Of a stretch of 51,703 nt of DNA, positions 1 to 12,982 are shown piece after piece. The notes below the pieces were generated by a model. That model saw only the letters and a list, made by a program, of their open reading frames with translations, ran no database searches and had not been told where the DNA came from. A program made the translations under genes and the position numbers. The DNA comes from Octopus bimaculoides (taxonomy: Eukaryota), in contig NC_068984.1 of the NCBI RefSeq assembly GCF_001194135.2, positions 95,715,444-95,767,146 on the forward strand. The letters run 5' to 3'. The first letter of the stretch is position 1, and each line of letters begins with the position of its first letter.

Positions 1-312
1 CCTCATTTAGTGCAAGCGTACCATCATCCATGCAAACACATTTCTCTCCTACAACATCACTATTCTCTCTCCTACACTGTCTTGCAACACGAAATACTTC
101 GAGTCTTTGGTCCTCACGGCGCAGAACATTGGCAAATCTTTTCTTATCTGCTTCCCCTCTGGCTAAATAAACCTGTCGCCTAGCCTCCCTTCTGGCACAT
201 TGGTACAATTCCCTGCTACCACCGTTCTTCCAGTCCTTCCAAGCCTGTTTCTTTTGTCTAATAGCCCTGTCTACCTCCTTGTTCCACCACCACGTTACTC
301 TGGGTCGAGCCT
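1..312 (-). mobile_element. RTE-clade LINE fragment (APE-RT linker)
   Basis: Minus strand reads WWNKEVDRAIRQKKQAWKDWKNGGSRELY..., and it aligns by eye with the RTE copy at 27070-27370. Confidence 0.85.
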
Positions 313-479
313 TCTGAATTGAGCCTAAGACTCTGTTCAAAGATATGAAGCAGTACAATGTCACTCCCACTAGAGAAATACCCAAAGACCACCACAGTTT
401 GGAGGAACTTGGTTTTCATGATGCATGAGACATCAAATGGGTTTTAGGCAAGCTACATTGCGTTTTTTTCTTAGAAAAA

Positions 480-2010
480 CAATCATTTACTTCAAGCATA
501 GTTTTGTGGTCCCAGGAAAGGAACCACTGGTTTATAGGTCATTGTTGTGAACTGGTGTAAGGAACCTTTTATTATAGTCATTGTGACCACGGGTAACAAA
601 TCTTTTACTAACGTCATTGAGATATGCTCACAGGTAACAAATATTTTACTATAAGTCATAGTATTTTAGTACTGGCTAAGGAATCACAGTGTTGTGGCTC
701 TGCATAAGGAACATTTTACTACTATTGTTATGGTTTTGTGTAAGAAACATTCTTGTATTGTGGTTCTGGTAAGAAACCTTTTACTACATTCATTGCATTG
801 TGGGTCTGAGAAAGGAAGCTTTTAATTCAATTTTAATGTTGTGACCCTATGTAAGGAGCCTTTCACTATATTCACTGCATTGTGACCCAGAGTTGTCATT
901 GTATTGTTGTCCATTGCAACTAACCTTTTACTACATTCATTATGATCTGGTCATGGGTAAGGAATATTTTACAACAGTCATGGGTTGTGACTCCAGGAAA
1001 GGAATCTTTTAATCTTTTTCTTACCATATTTTCATCGATACACACTGTTTTAGTTTCAATTAATTTTGAAAATAATGAAGAATTTAGTAAAGTAACTTTG
1101 TTGTTATTAATCTGAAGTTTGGAAAATAAATCAATATGAAATTTTGAGGCAATGTTTTGAACTTAAATTACTTTAAAACAGAAAGATTTTACTATGGAAC
1201 GTAGGGTATTCTCAGGCAGTTTGGTATCAAAAAAGTTCAAGTCATTGTATTGCAGCCCTGAGTATTGAACCTGTTACAATAGTTATTGTGTTGTGGCCCC
1301 AGGCAAGGATATATACTAGCCATTGTGCAGTGACCCTGAGAAAGGAACTACTTACTAGAAGCATTGAGTTATGTAGCTGCATAAGGAACCTTTCAGTACA
1401 TTCATAGTGTTGTGACTATGGGTAGGTAACATTTATTACAGTCAGTTTCATATCTTTACAGTGATTTTATACAGTGATTGTGTTGTGATCCTAGGTAAAG
1501 AACCTGTTACTATAGTCATGGTGTTGGGTTCCTGGGTATGGAACTTACTGCAGTCATCAGGTTGCAGTCTTGAATAAAAAAAAACTTAAAATTTTGTCAA
1601 TATTTTGTGTCCCTCAGTCTTAGTGATTGTGTTAGATTCCTAAGTATGGAAATTCATAATACAGTCATTGTGTTGTGGCCTTGGGTAATGACCCATTTAC
1701 TACAAACATTGAATTGGGCTTCTAGGTAAAGTACATTTTATTAAAGCCAATATGTTGTGGCCATGAGTAAAGGTACTTTGAACTAGTCACAGTGTTGTGA
1801 ACCTGAGTAAGGAAACTTTTACTACAGTTGTGTCTCTTGGTAAGAAACCATTTACAACAGTCACAGTATTGACACCTTGAGTAAGGACCTTTTACTATAG
1901 TGATGTGGCACTGGGTATGAAACATTTCACCAAACTGAGAGTGTTGTGGCTATGGAGAAAGAACTTTTTACCAGTCATGTCATTGTGACCTTAGATAAGG
2001 AATCTTTTAC
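480..2010. repeat. Degenerate minisatellite, unit about 33-41 bp (consensus gtcattgtgttgtgaccctgggtaaggaaccttttactata)
   Basis: Recurrent taagg/aagga-cttttac motifs spaced 33, 41, 34, 41 and 39 bp at 1808-1996. Interrupted by a MITE at 1013-1235. Confidence 0.85.
1013..1235. mobile_element. piggyBac-type MITE inserted in the minisatellite
   Basis: TTAA at 1009-1012 and degenerate ttca at the right end. The first ~90 bp match the reverse complement of the right end of the piggyBac at 17309-18370. Confidence 0.7.
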
Positions 2011-2189
2011 TCTGTATACCTTATTTTGTCTGACTGAGAAAAAAACCCAAAATACTGCACATTTAAGGGATTAACAATAGAAAGGGAATCAATCAACATC
2101 CAATAAATGCACCATCAATTAACTGGGGAAAATATACGTAAAATATTGAAAACAAAGCATTTTTCAATATAATGAAACACATGAAATAC

Positions 2190-2295
2190 CTTTTTTCTTT
2201 CTATTATCTCTTTTGTCTTCTTTAACTTCATTATTTTTCATACTGCTTCCAAGTTTCTTAGCAACCTTAAATACGGCACTGTTAGATTTGGAATC
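2190..2295 (-). CDS. UFL1: UFL1 coding exon 10 (106 nt); gene continues beyond the left edge
   Basis: Acceptor gttgtcAG, donor g|GTATTT. Translates DSKSNSAVFKVAKKLGSSMKNNEVKEDKRDNRKKK(G), corresponding to the basic KKDKKDERRRKA region. Phase 0 start fits exon 9. Confidence 0.85.
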
Positions 2296-3018
2296 CTGAC
2301 AACATAAAATGCAATAAAAACATGATTTATTTTACATTTTCATTTATAATCTGTTTTTATTCACTTTTGAATGTCCAGACAGTTTCAGATTTCAAACTAT
2401 ATGTGTTTTGCTTCATTTGTATATTTGGATTCCTGAACACTGCAGATTAAATAGATTTTCAAATTTTATAAAATATTTTCCTATTATGAAATGTTTCATT
2501 GTGTGGAAGTTGACATATGCCCTCTACTATTGAGAAATTTTGAAATAAGTTTATTTAAGAAATGAAGTAAAAAATATATAATAGCTTTTAAAGAAGTGGA
2601 CAGATTTACTAACAGGAACAAAACAATTCACTTTTCCCTTACACATAAAAGTTTTAAATCTGAGTGTTGAAACTTGTTTCTCCTTGGTTTATCAACACAT
2701 GCATGTGGTTCAATTCCCATAGGTGAATCTATCTACATTCTTCCCCTCTAAGGCATACTTTATCTGACATTTTACGAGTTATATATTTATATATACTTAT
2801 ATTAAAGTAGGACGAATCAGTGCATTCAAATAAAAATGTTGTTATTAATGTCTGACGGAGTTATCTCAATGCCCACTTGGCATTTTCTATATTAATGAGA
2901 ACTGAAATCAATTCCATACACAGTACTGGGGTTGATATAATCAACTAAACCCTTTCATCTATGGTCGTACCGAGACAAGGCTATGATCTAATAAAAAAAA
3001 AAAAGAAGTGTCTTCTAC

Positions 3019-3189
3019 CTTGATGGCTTTATTCCTCATAAGTTCTGAGAAAGGAATTTTACATTCTGATACCAGTTTGTTGCTGACAGCAATGGAATCA
3101 CAGCAGATGAAGGCATTGGAAGATTTTGAAAGAATTATTGACAGTAACTGTTTGGTATCATCTACACTGAATACTGATGGTACTAGCAT
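3019..3189 (-). CDS. UFL1: UFL1 coding exon 9 (171 nt)
   Basis: Acceptor tatttcAG, donor aag|GTAGAA. Translates MLVPSVFSVDDTKQLLSIILSKSSNAFICCDSIAVSNKLVSECKIPFSELMRNKAIK versus human PLLPTSLSVEDAAILL...FRELMHQKAEK. Confidence 0.93.
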
Positions 3190-4161
3190 CTGAAATAGCA
3201 GAAGATGGAGAAATTAAATATATAAAGGGTAGGAGATAAGACAAGACAAGCAATGTTTTGTTTTAGATTGACCAATCGATCGGTGAGCAGACGACTGGAC
3301 AGACAGATGGATTTCGATTGGTTTCTGTTATGAGGATTCATTGGTTTGATCAACTGAATTACTTGTTCACTGAATTAGCATTTAAGTGGCTAAGTATTTC
3401 ACAGACACATGTACCCTTAATGTAATTCTCAAGTAGAACCAGCATAACTTTGAATTATAGGTGTGCTCCATCAAATGGATTTCTATAAAGTTTCCATCTA
3501 CTCAGTTTCACTAAGATATAGATCAAACCAAAGCTATAGAAAATGACATTTCCCAAGATGTCCTGCATTGGACATCCTGAAACCCAGGATTTCATGATAT
3601 GAAGCAAACTTCTTAACCATTCAGACATATTTGTGTGTGCATGTGGTAGGGATTCATATAAGTACATTAATGTTCTACATTAGAAATAATTTTAGTTTCA
3701 ACATTCAATGTGGTCCGAAAGCTCAAAGAAGCATGTTGCTTTGCTTCGCTTAACAGATAAGGGAAAACAATTGAAAATTATTGTTGGAAAGGATTTAAAT
3801 GAAGGGGATCATAAGGATTGGAGAGAAAACAAGATAAGCAATGCCATATAATCATCATCATCTATTTATACATAGAAATGAAAGAATATTTTGTTTCAGA
3901 ATTAATTTTAGTTTCACTAAAATAGCAATCTATGCATTATACTTAATGTATGAATACTGTAAAGAGACCAGTTACTGCAGCATTTGTCCTTAGATCACAT
4001 CCTTTATGGACTCGCTGTGTTAAAAGTACAATATCAGGAGACACAAAAATCCAAGCTAGCCATATTAACACTGTATTCTTTTTGTTGATTTTACTAAATA
4101 TAGCAAGTCTTATCAATGCAGACAAACACCGGTCTCTTTGGAGTCTGTTTGATCATATATA

Positions 4162-5173
4162 TTGAGTCATCCCATAAATAATGCAGTTTTTTATACTTCT
4201 TTTATTTTTCAAAATTAAGATAAACAAAGTTCTTTTTTAATCTAAAATATACTCTCCTTCATTTTCTACAATGTTCTTCCATCTATCTGGTAGGCTTGCA
4301 ATGCTCTTCTTCCAAAATTCACTTGTCTGTGATTAAAAATATCCTCCAGTACTGTTCTGACCTCATCTACAGAATTCATATTTTTTACGTCCAAATGATT
4401 TTGAAGATTGCAGAATAAATGATAATCAAATGGGCAATGTCCAACAAATATGGTGGGTGGGGCACCGTTTCCCATTCTAACTACTTCTGTTTTTTGGAAT
4501 GTCATCCTCGTTGTATGTGGCCAAGCATTATCCTGATGAAAGAACACCTTCCATCTTGAAATCAAAGATGGTCATTTTCCTTCTAGTGCTGCCCACAGCA
4601 GATCTCCTTTGTTATTCTTGTCAGCAGTCACTATTTGGTCCAAAAAAGGTTCATTCATGAGACATGAGAGCAAAGAAGCACACACATTCATTCTCTGTGC
4701 ATGATTAGACTCGGAAAGTTTGTGAGGAACCCACTGATCCAATTTGCTGACTTTTCCAATGGCATACAGGTGTTAATAACTTCTCTGCTAGTTCCTCAAC
4801 AGTTACAATGGGATTTTGTTCCACTGGGGTTTTCAGGACGTCCTCGTCGAGCTCTACAGATCTTCCAGAACAAGGCTTGTCTTCTAAGCTGTAGTTTACA
4901 GCTCGGAATTTCTTGAACCACTGTTGACACTAGCTTACGCTTATTGTCCAATCTCCATATACTGCATTAATATTCCTCACACTTTCTGTTGCTTTATTTG
5001 AAAAAAATGACTGTTAAAATTGAACTGCACTCTTTGAAACTCGTACTAAGAATAGGGACAAGGTAAAACTATCCGCTTTTATAGCAAGTTGATGCAAGTA
5101 GTTTATCCCATCTCTCTCCAACTTTTAGTTCATGCAATTGTAAAAAAACTGCATTATTTATGGGATGACCCAA
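4162..5173 (-). mobile_element. Internally deleted mariner (Tc1/mariner) transposon
   Basis: About 30-bp TIRs (ttgagtcatcccataaataatgcagttttt / aaaaactgcattatttatgggatgacccaa, 1 mismatch) with TA on both sides. Transposase relic FHQDNAWPHT...PFDYHLFCNLQNHL. Confidence 0.92.
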
Positions 5174-5569
5174 TATGTATATATAATTCATTTATAACAA
5201 TGGAACTTGAAGCACATACAGCTATAAATATTAACTTGTAGATATTGGGTTAAAAAACTCTTTGGAAAGAAGAAGTTGAAAGTTGCTTATGAGTCACAAA
5301 TCCACATCATCTGTTTTTCAATTTTTTCTTTTGAAAGGGTTTTGTAATCTAGTGGTTCCACACCGTTATTTACAGCTTTATCTTCTTTGAGCTCTACTGT
5401 TAAAAAATTATTCTGTGTCTCTTGAAGATTTTAGATTCTTTTGATATAAGCAATTATATATTTATATATGTAAATGTATACACACATATAGTTTCACATC
5501 ATTGCTACTTGTAACAAAAAGCCACATAAATAATTAGATCCATAATGTAGATAAGAAAATAATAATTAC

Positions 5570-5745
5570 CGATATATCTATCCATGCTCCATCATTTAAA
5601 GCTTCTTCAACACTGGCTTCAACCTGTTCCTTAAGTGAGACACTCACACAACAAGTAGATAAATATATCAGCTGTTCATCTTTAAACTTTTTCTTCACAA
5701 AGTCTTTCGCATTAGTGATACCAAGTCGAGCCAAATTGTCATATT
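5570..5745 (-). CDS. UFL1: UFL1 coding exon 8 (176 nt)
   Basis: Acceptor tactgtAG, donor tcg|GTAATT. Translates [58 protein letters not shown] versus human FDALSRLGI...[20 protein letters not shown]. Confidence 0.97.
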
Positions 5746-6504
5746 CTACAGTAGAACCAAATTGAAAATATTTCTCAATTCAAAACTAAATTTTAAACAG
5801 AAAGTATGTTTACTCCCTCTATCATGCCTAGCCATCAACACCACCATAACAACGCTTTTATAAGTGATTTCTGTTTGGTCATTTGGTGTGTTCTATAATA
5901 CAGATAAATCTCTCTGAGAAAATGTATTATCTTTAAGAAAGAGATTAGATGTCTGTCCAACACTGACTGTTGAACTCAAAACAAATTGGACACTATTTCT
6001 TCCAACTTATTCTCTAAGCATGGCATAACCAGGTGAGTTAGGAATTCCTCTGAAGTACTGAAACAATTTTTTACACAACTAAACTTGTTTGCGTAGAACT
6101 AATTAAATCTGTTAGAGTTGAGCTGTCCAAAATTGTATGAGCATGACTAACTACGCTTGTTTAAGAAGAGCTAACTAAACCTGTTTGAGCAGAACTGATT
6201 AAACCTGTTTGGTAGTTAGGGTGGTATATAGCTGACCACAGCAAATAGGTTAGTCAGGGTGGTATATAGTTAATTAGGGGAAACAGCATGGTGAAACTAA
6301 TGTTTCATTCTTTTATAGTGTCAAGTTAAACTGCTTCTAAGATGAGGACAGACAGTTAAATTGTTTATTGAAATAATATAGTCACCATCTGTTATTGAAA
6401 CATCTATAAACAGACTAAAACTACATGCTCAAACACCAGTGGCCACTTCAGCAACAAGGCTATATTGTTAAGTGAAATTCAGACATTATTAAAAGTTTAA
6501 ATAA

Positions 6505-6690
6505 TTTTTTGTACTATAGGCACAAGGCCTGAAATTTTGGGGGAAGTGGCTAGTTGATTATATTAACCGCAATGCTCAACTGGTACTTATTTTATAAACC
6601 CCAAAAGGATGAAAAGCAAAGTCAATCTTGGCAAAATGCCACTAAGCATTTTGTCTGGCATGGTAAGAATTCAGCTAGTTCATCACTTTC
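6505..6690 (-). mobile_element. OR1-like tRNA-derived SINE (degenerate)
   Basis: Reverse complement of gactttgcctttcatcctttcggggtcgataaattaagtaccag-type core, as at 48110-48330. Confidence 0.7.
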
Positions 6691-6700
6691 AAAACTTTAA

Positions 6701-6920
6701 CCCTTTAGTGTTCAGATTATTCTGTCATATGCAAAGCTTATTCATTCACATTATTTTCAATCAATCATGCATTATCTCAAAGCTTCAAGATGATGATGAT
6801 GTAATTGTTTATTTTTAGAATAACATTGTAGGGTAAATGTGAGAGGCCAGATCTGGTCGGTTTCAACATAAAACATGTAGAATATTTGGGCTGGATATGG
6901 CTGGTTTAAATGCTAAAGGG
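6701..6920. mobile_element. 220-bp piggyBac-type MITE
   Basis: TTAA TSD on both sides (6697-6700, 6921-6924), with termini CCCTTTAG...CTAAAGGG. Confidence 0.9.
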
Positions 6921-7019
6921 TTAAACAACAGCACCATTTTACTTTTTGTATAACATTGTAAAATGGAGGTTTGTTTAATGAGACTGTTTAATGCAGTCTT
7001 CTTTGATAAGAAAGTGTTC

Positions 7020-7603
7020 AATGGAATATATCTAATTGAAACCATGCCCAATGGAGTCTAGCTCCATAGGACAGTGATTAATGAAGAGATAACTTAGTGA
7101 GATAGAGTTCAATGGAGGGTAACTTTGTGAGACAGTCTTCTATGTCATCAAGCTGATTGATAATTTTAAAGTTTTCAATGGAGCCTAATTTAGTAAGACA
7201 GTGTTCACTGAAGTTTAAGTTAGAGAGGCAGTAGATAGTACTGTCTAACTTAGTGAGATAGCATTAAAATATTGAACTCAGTGGAGTAATATTTAAAGGA
7301 ATCTAGCATAATGTGATAATCTTCAATGGAGTCTAAGTTAGTGAGACAGTGTTTGATGGAGTTTAGTTTAGTGGGACAGTGATTAGTAAGTAGATTTTAA
7401 CTGAGTCTGACTTAGTGAAACATTGGTCAATGGAGTTTAACATAGTGAAATGGATTCGAACTGAGTGAGATAATATTTAATAGAGTCTAACTTAATGAAA
7501 TTGTATTCAATGGAATTGTACTTAGTGAGACAATGTTCAACTGAGTTTAGCTTCGTGAGATACTGTTTATGGATGTCTAAATGAAGAAAATAGTGTTCAA
7601 TAG
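7020..7603. repeat. 30-bp minisatellite (consensus aatggagtctaacttagtgagacagtgttc); resumes at about 15690-15780
   Basis: Motifs recur at 30-bp spacing (e.g. 7177/7207, 7325/7355). Degenerate units continue right of the 3' LTR. Confidence 0.85.
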
Positions 7604-7787
7604 TGTTATGGGGATAATAGTAATAATGGAACACCCTGCTCATGTGGTGATTGGTATGTGCTAGTCATTACAAATACTGTGAATATCAGTCAAGTAGTAA
7701 GTTGAGATAGTCATGTCTTACTTGTCTAACTAACTATACTGCTATACCGGAGTGGACGTTATAACAGTCTGATGTTGGATTACAACA
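7604..7787 (+). repeat. 5' LTR (184 bp)
   Basis: TGTTATGGGG...TACAACA; 20 mismatches to the 3' LTR with no indels. Confidence 0.95.
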
Positions 7788-7875
7788 GTGATAATGAGGA
7801 TTTAAACTCATGAGGAGTTATGAAACTCACAAAAGTTTTTTGTGCAAATTTTACAGTATACAAAATCATAAAATT

Positions 7876-8660
7876 ATGGAAGAACTGTTGGCTGGTTTGC
7901 TTGAGTTGCAAAAACAGCAACAACAACATTCGAAAGAACAAAAACAATTACTATTACAGCAACAAATGCTACAATAAATGAATAGTAATTCATCAAAAAA
8001 TGCTGAAAAGATGTTCTTGCCAAATTATGTTGCAAGCTCCCGAAAAAACCTTCTGACAAACTTTAAATATACAATAGACATATTGTGTAAAATTTTTAGT
8101 GAGAGAAGCTTGTTGTTCAATACATGCTGGAAATGTTTGAACCTAGAAAAGAACAATGAGGAGAACTACATCACATATGCTAGTAGAGTTAACAGAGAAT
8201 GTGAAAAGTTCAAACTAGACAAATTAATGCCAGATATGTTCAAGTGCCTGATATTTATTGATATTTACTAACAGCAGAAAAAAGACACAGAAGTAAGAAC
8301 AAGAATTCTCGCTAAGCTGGAACAAAACCAAGCTGTAACCTTACAAGTGTCAGAAGAGTGTGAAAGAATAGTAAATTTAAGACACAACTCAGAGAAAATT
8401 AAATATTAACACTGCTCCCAAGTGAAACAAGTGCATCAGAAAATACAATACAGAATAGAAATCAAGTGTGTACTAAAATACAGTACAAACAGGACAAAAA
8501 TCAAGAAACAAACCCATGTTTTGCATGTGGAGGTCTAAATCTGAGAAAAAACTGCACATTTAAGAAAGTAGAATGTTTCTGTTGGGGAAAAATTGGAAAT
8601 GTAAAAGCACACTGTAAAACCAAACAAAGGAAAAAGAATAAACAAGATATCAAAAGAAAA
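7876..8660 (+). pseudogene. Gypsy gag, disrupted
   Basis: MEELLAGLLELQKQQQQ..., YASRVNRECEKFKL...FKCLIF, and double Zn-knuckle relic CFACGG...ECFCWGKIGNVKAHC. Multiple stops and frameshifts. Confidence 0.85.
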
Positions 8661-8689
8661 TAGTAATGTGATAAAGGGGAAATTCGTAA

Positions 8690-11600
8690 ATGTGAAAATT
8701 AAAAATATAAGAGTAAAAATGCAGTTAGACAGTGATATTACTACTGTGAATGAAGAAACTTGGAAGTATATTGGTAAACTGAAATGAAGTAAATCTACAA
8801 AAGTAGCACATGGCGTTATGGGTAAAAGATTGTATTTTGTCTGTGAATTTGTGTGTAATGTGACATTCCATGACCAAATGTAAAAGGCAAAAATATATGT
8901 GTTAAAAAATTCAGTTAATCCATTCAGCACAGAGTGGATGGAACTGTTCAAATTTGTGGAATATGCCCATAAGTGTTTTGTATGGGAATATAGTCAGTTC
9001 AGTCAAAGGTTTGAATGCGGCTGAGGGATTGAAATGAAAAATAAAACATTTCCAGATGTTTTCTCAGATAAACTGGGCTGCTGCACGAAAACGAAAGCAA
9101 AAATTGTAGTAAAACAAAAGTGCAACACCTGTAATTAAGCCAAAACAGGATGTACCATTTGCAGCAATAGAACAGGTAAATAAGGAACTTGAGAGACTTG
9201 AAAGCCTTGAGAAGACAGGCCATTCAGATTGGGCAGCACCTATGGTCTATGTAAAAAAAAAAAAAAAAGTTAAGAGTTTGTGCAGATTTTTCAACTGGGT
9301 TGAATGATTGCTTAATCTCACATAACTACTCATTGCCAAGTCCTGAGGAAATGTTTGCAAAATTGAATGAGGGAAATTCTTCTCAAAATTAAATCTCTCA
9401 GAGGCATATTTACAAATCCAAGTAGAAGAAGAATGCTCACACTTATTAACCATTAATACACACTGCGGCTTATTTAAATTTAAGCAGTTTCCCTTCGGTG
9501 TAAAAGTGGCTCTTCTCATATTTCAGCAAGTAATGGATACAATGATGAGTGACTGTGATTTTGCTATCGCCTATTTAGACTATATCCTAATAAAAAGTGA
9601 ATCACATTAACAACATGTAAAAAGGTTATTCAAAAAGATAAGAGAATATGGCTTAAAATTAGGTGAAGTAAAATGTGAATTCTTTCTGAAAAAAATTAAA
9701 TACTTGGGCCAGATAATAGATAAAAATGAACGAAAACTGGATCCATCCAGAGCAAATGCAATAAAAAATATGCCCATGCCAAACAATGTGACTATGCCTC
9801 AAGTATTTTGGGGATTAGTAAATTACTATCAAATTTATATTCCCAATATACACAATGTAAGGGCTCCACCCAATGATTTGTTAAAGAAAAATGCAAAATG
9901 GTGCTGGACTGATAAGTGCCAGAAGGCATTGACAAACTAAAAACTATTTTAACATTGGACTTGTTGTTAACACATTTTCATCCAAAGCTGGATATTATAC
10001 TGGCTACAGATGCAAGTGATTACGGTGTAGGAGCTGTGCTCCTGCACAAATATGATGATGGGAGTAAAAAGGCTCATGTGTCACAATCGTTATCACCAGC
10101 AGAAAGGAACTACAGCCGAATAGAAAAGTAAGCATTAACACTTATTCAGTGTGAAAAAATTCTATAGATTTATTCATGGAAGAAGTTTTTGTCTACAAAC
10201 AGATCATTGCCCACTACTGTCAATATTTATGTTGGTATTCCTTTTTAGAACTAAAGTTCTAAAAAGGAATACCAACACATACAGCAAATAGACTACAGCG
10301 ACGGGGCACTACATTATTGAATTACAATTACAAAATAGAATATTTACCGTAAAAAAAAAAAGGGCATGTAGATGGTTTGTCCAGACTGATATCGAAACAC
10401 AGTGATCCATTCAAAAATACGGTAATGTCAACATTAAGATCAGAAGGAGAAATAAATGTAATGTGGTATGCGAATTACCAGTAACCTTTGAAGACAAATC
10501 GAAATGCAGAAAAGGACAAATTCATAACAGAAATGAAAAGAATACTGTGAACAGGAAAAGGAAATGGGAACCAGATAGGTGCAAAACGAAACCAAGACGC
10601 AAACCTAAACTCAATTTGCGATGGCATACTGATGTATGCACAGAGAGTAGTAATACCTGAAAATTTGCAAAAGAAAATGTTGAAGGAATTTCATGTTGGA
10701 CATCCTGGTATTTTGAGGTGGAATGCTTTAATGCGAAGCTATGAGTACTGGCCAAAAATGGATAGAGAAATCGAAAATTTAGTGAAAGGCTACAAGAGGA
10801 TGTGCGCTATTGGCAAAATTACCGATGATAAAAAGTGAACCTTGGCCAAAAGTAGATGTGCCCTGGTCAAGACTACACATCGATTTTGCTAGTCCCTTAA
10901 ATGGTTCATACTATTTAGTGGTAGTAGATAGTTTTTCTAAATGGCCAGAAATTTATAAGTGTAAAAAAACAACCTCCTCAACTGCAACAAACTTTCTACA
11001 TGAGCTGCTTGCGAGATTTGGCATCCCAGATGTGATAGTGTCTAACAATGGAACGCAATTTGTGTCTTTTGAGTTTAAAAAGTTTTGTAAAAAATTCACT
11101 GTAGAACATGTAACTACAGCGCCATACCATCCCAGATCTAACAGGCAAGCAAAATGCTTTATCAATACGTTTGAGAGAGCCCTAAGAAAGTTGAATAAGG
11201 AAGTCACAGATGACACCAAATCCAAATACATCAGCAGGTATGACACCAGCAGAGCTGATGTTTGCAAGGAAAATAAAATCAGTCTTTGACAAATTACTAT
11301 CTGGTAAGAAAAGAAAAATTGCAAGATATTTCAAAATTGGTGAAAATGTATTTGTTAGGGTATATAAGAATGGAAAACTAGAACGGAAGATGGTGTGATT
11401 ACCAAACGCATAGGAAAAATACTATACTTAGTAAAAGGAAGAAAAGGGGTGTACAAGAGACACAAGAACCAACTAAAAAAAAGATTCGTTGACAGCAAAC
11501 CCAAGAGAGTGAAAGAACCAATGGAATGGGTATATGATACTTTTCAAGTACCAATGCCACCACAAATAATTGAACCCAGATGCACAAGCAAAAGAAAAAG
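8690..11600 (+). pseudogene. Gypsy pol (PR-RT-RNaseH-IN), disrupted
   Basis: QLDSD protease relic. RT WAAP, FPFGVK, AYLDY (YLDD). RNase H LATDASDYGVGAVL. Integrase HVGHPG, WSRLHIDFA, IVSNNGTQF, TAPYHPRSN. Domain order fits Gypsy. Confidence 0.92.
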
Positions 11601-11879
11601 AAAATGTACGGAGTTCCGGGAAGTGGATGCCATATGAAAATATTAAATGTGTAACTGTATGAAAAATACACTCAAAAATAAGGGAGGTGGGGTGATGTAA
11701 AAATTAACTATATATATATAAATAAAATTCTTTGTCTGTCTGTTCCCTATGTATTCTCAAACAGCCCCACCAAATCAAATCAAATTTTACAAGGTAATAG
11801 TATTAGACCCATGAGTAATTTTTATTTTCATTTGGATTAAAACGATATAACACTTTATCTAAAATAATCTTTCTACAGT

Positions 11880-12310
11880 CAACTATAGTAAAGGACATTT
11901 TATATTATGTGGACGACACTACATTTTGTATATGAGTGTGTGTGCACATTTGTTGCGTACGACATAGTAAAGGACATTTTATACTACCACCACCACCATG
12001 ACACATTTTGTATATGAGTATGTGTCTGTGAGTGTTTGTGCTTTCCTTATGTACGAGATAATAAATGACATTTTATATGACGACAACACATTTTGAATAT
12101 GAGTATGTTTGTATGTGTTTGTATGTTTGCTATGTATGACATAGTAAAGGACATTTTATACCACCACCATGATAATGATGACACATCTTGTATGAGTGTG
12201 TATGTGTTTGTGAGTATGCGTTTGCGCATTCATTACATACGAGATAGTAAAGGACATATGCCATCACAATGATAAGACGACACATTTTGTATATGAGTGT
12301 GTATGTGTCT
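11880..12310. repeat. Internal tandem array in Helitron A: 5 units of about 80-100 bp
   Basis: agtaaaggacatttt...gacacattttgtatatgag repeats at about 11886, 11965, 12058, 12143 and 12245, with variable microsatellite inserts. Confidence 0.85.
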
Positions 12311-12982
12311 GTGTGTGTGTTTGCACGTTCGTTATGTAAATGTATGTCTGTCTTAGTATATGTATGTGAGCGTGTGTGTGTGTGTCAGTGTGAGAGTGTA
12401 TATGTGTGTGAGTGCATGTGTGACTGTCAATTACACTGATGTAAACTGGCTATATGAAAGAGCTATACTGGCCTCAACTAATGAACCTTGGCACTAGTAC
12501 TTCTTACATGGCACATGTGTAATGGAACTTGCTCAATTGTTACCTCCATGGAGCCCCATGTCTTACAAGCTACAATCATAACAAGTAGTCACAAAGAAAA
12601 AAGTATCTTTATTCCAAAATTTCCTCTCATACCTACAAATGTTCCATTTGAATTTAAGAGCCTTTAGTTTCCAGTCAAACTAAGTTTTGGTATTTCAATT
12701 AACAAGTCTCAGAATCAATCCCTCAATATAGTAGGACTTCATCTCTCTACTACATGCTTCTCCCACAGCCAACTCTATGTTGGTTGCTCACGAGTTGGAA
12801 GCAGCAACAATTTATTCATTTGGATACCAGCAAAAAATTACACAATAAATATTTTTTACCCGGAGGTGCTGCAAGATTGACAGATTTTCAGTTCTAAATT
12901 CTATTATCATTATAATTTGGATAATTTTTAATAAAATATAGATATTTTAAAATAATTATGAGAAAAAATATATCTTCATATT

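Noticed and set aside
3019-3189. ORF-track 76-aa ORF starting with ATG at 3189 as a separate small gene
   Set aside because: The ATG is the first codon after a splice acceptor, and the segment is UFL1 exon 9.
11680-11700. Purine tract followed by TG (agggaggtggggtgaTGTAA), resembling PPT plus the start of a 3' LTR
   Set aside because: What follows has no similarity to the 5' LTR. The true PPT and LTR are at 15496-15689 and are supported by the TSD and the flanking minisatellite.
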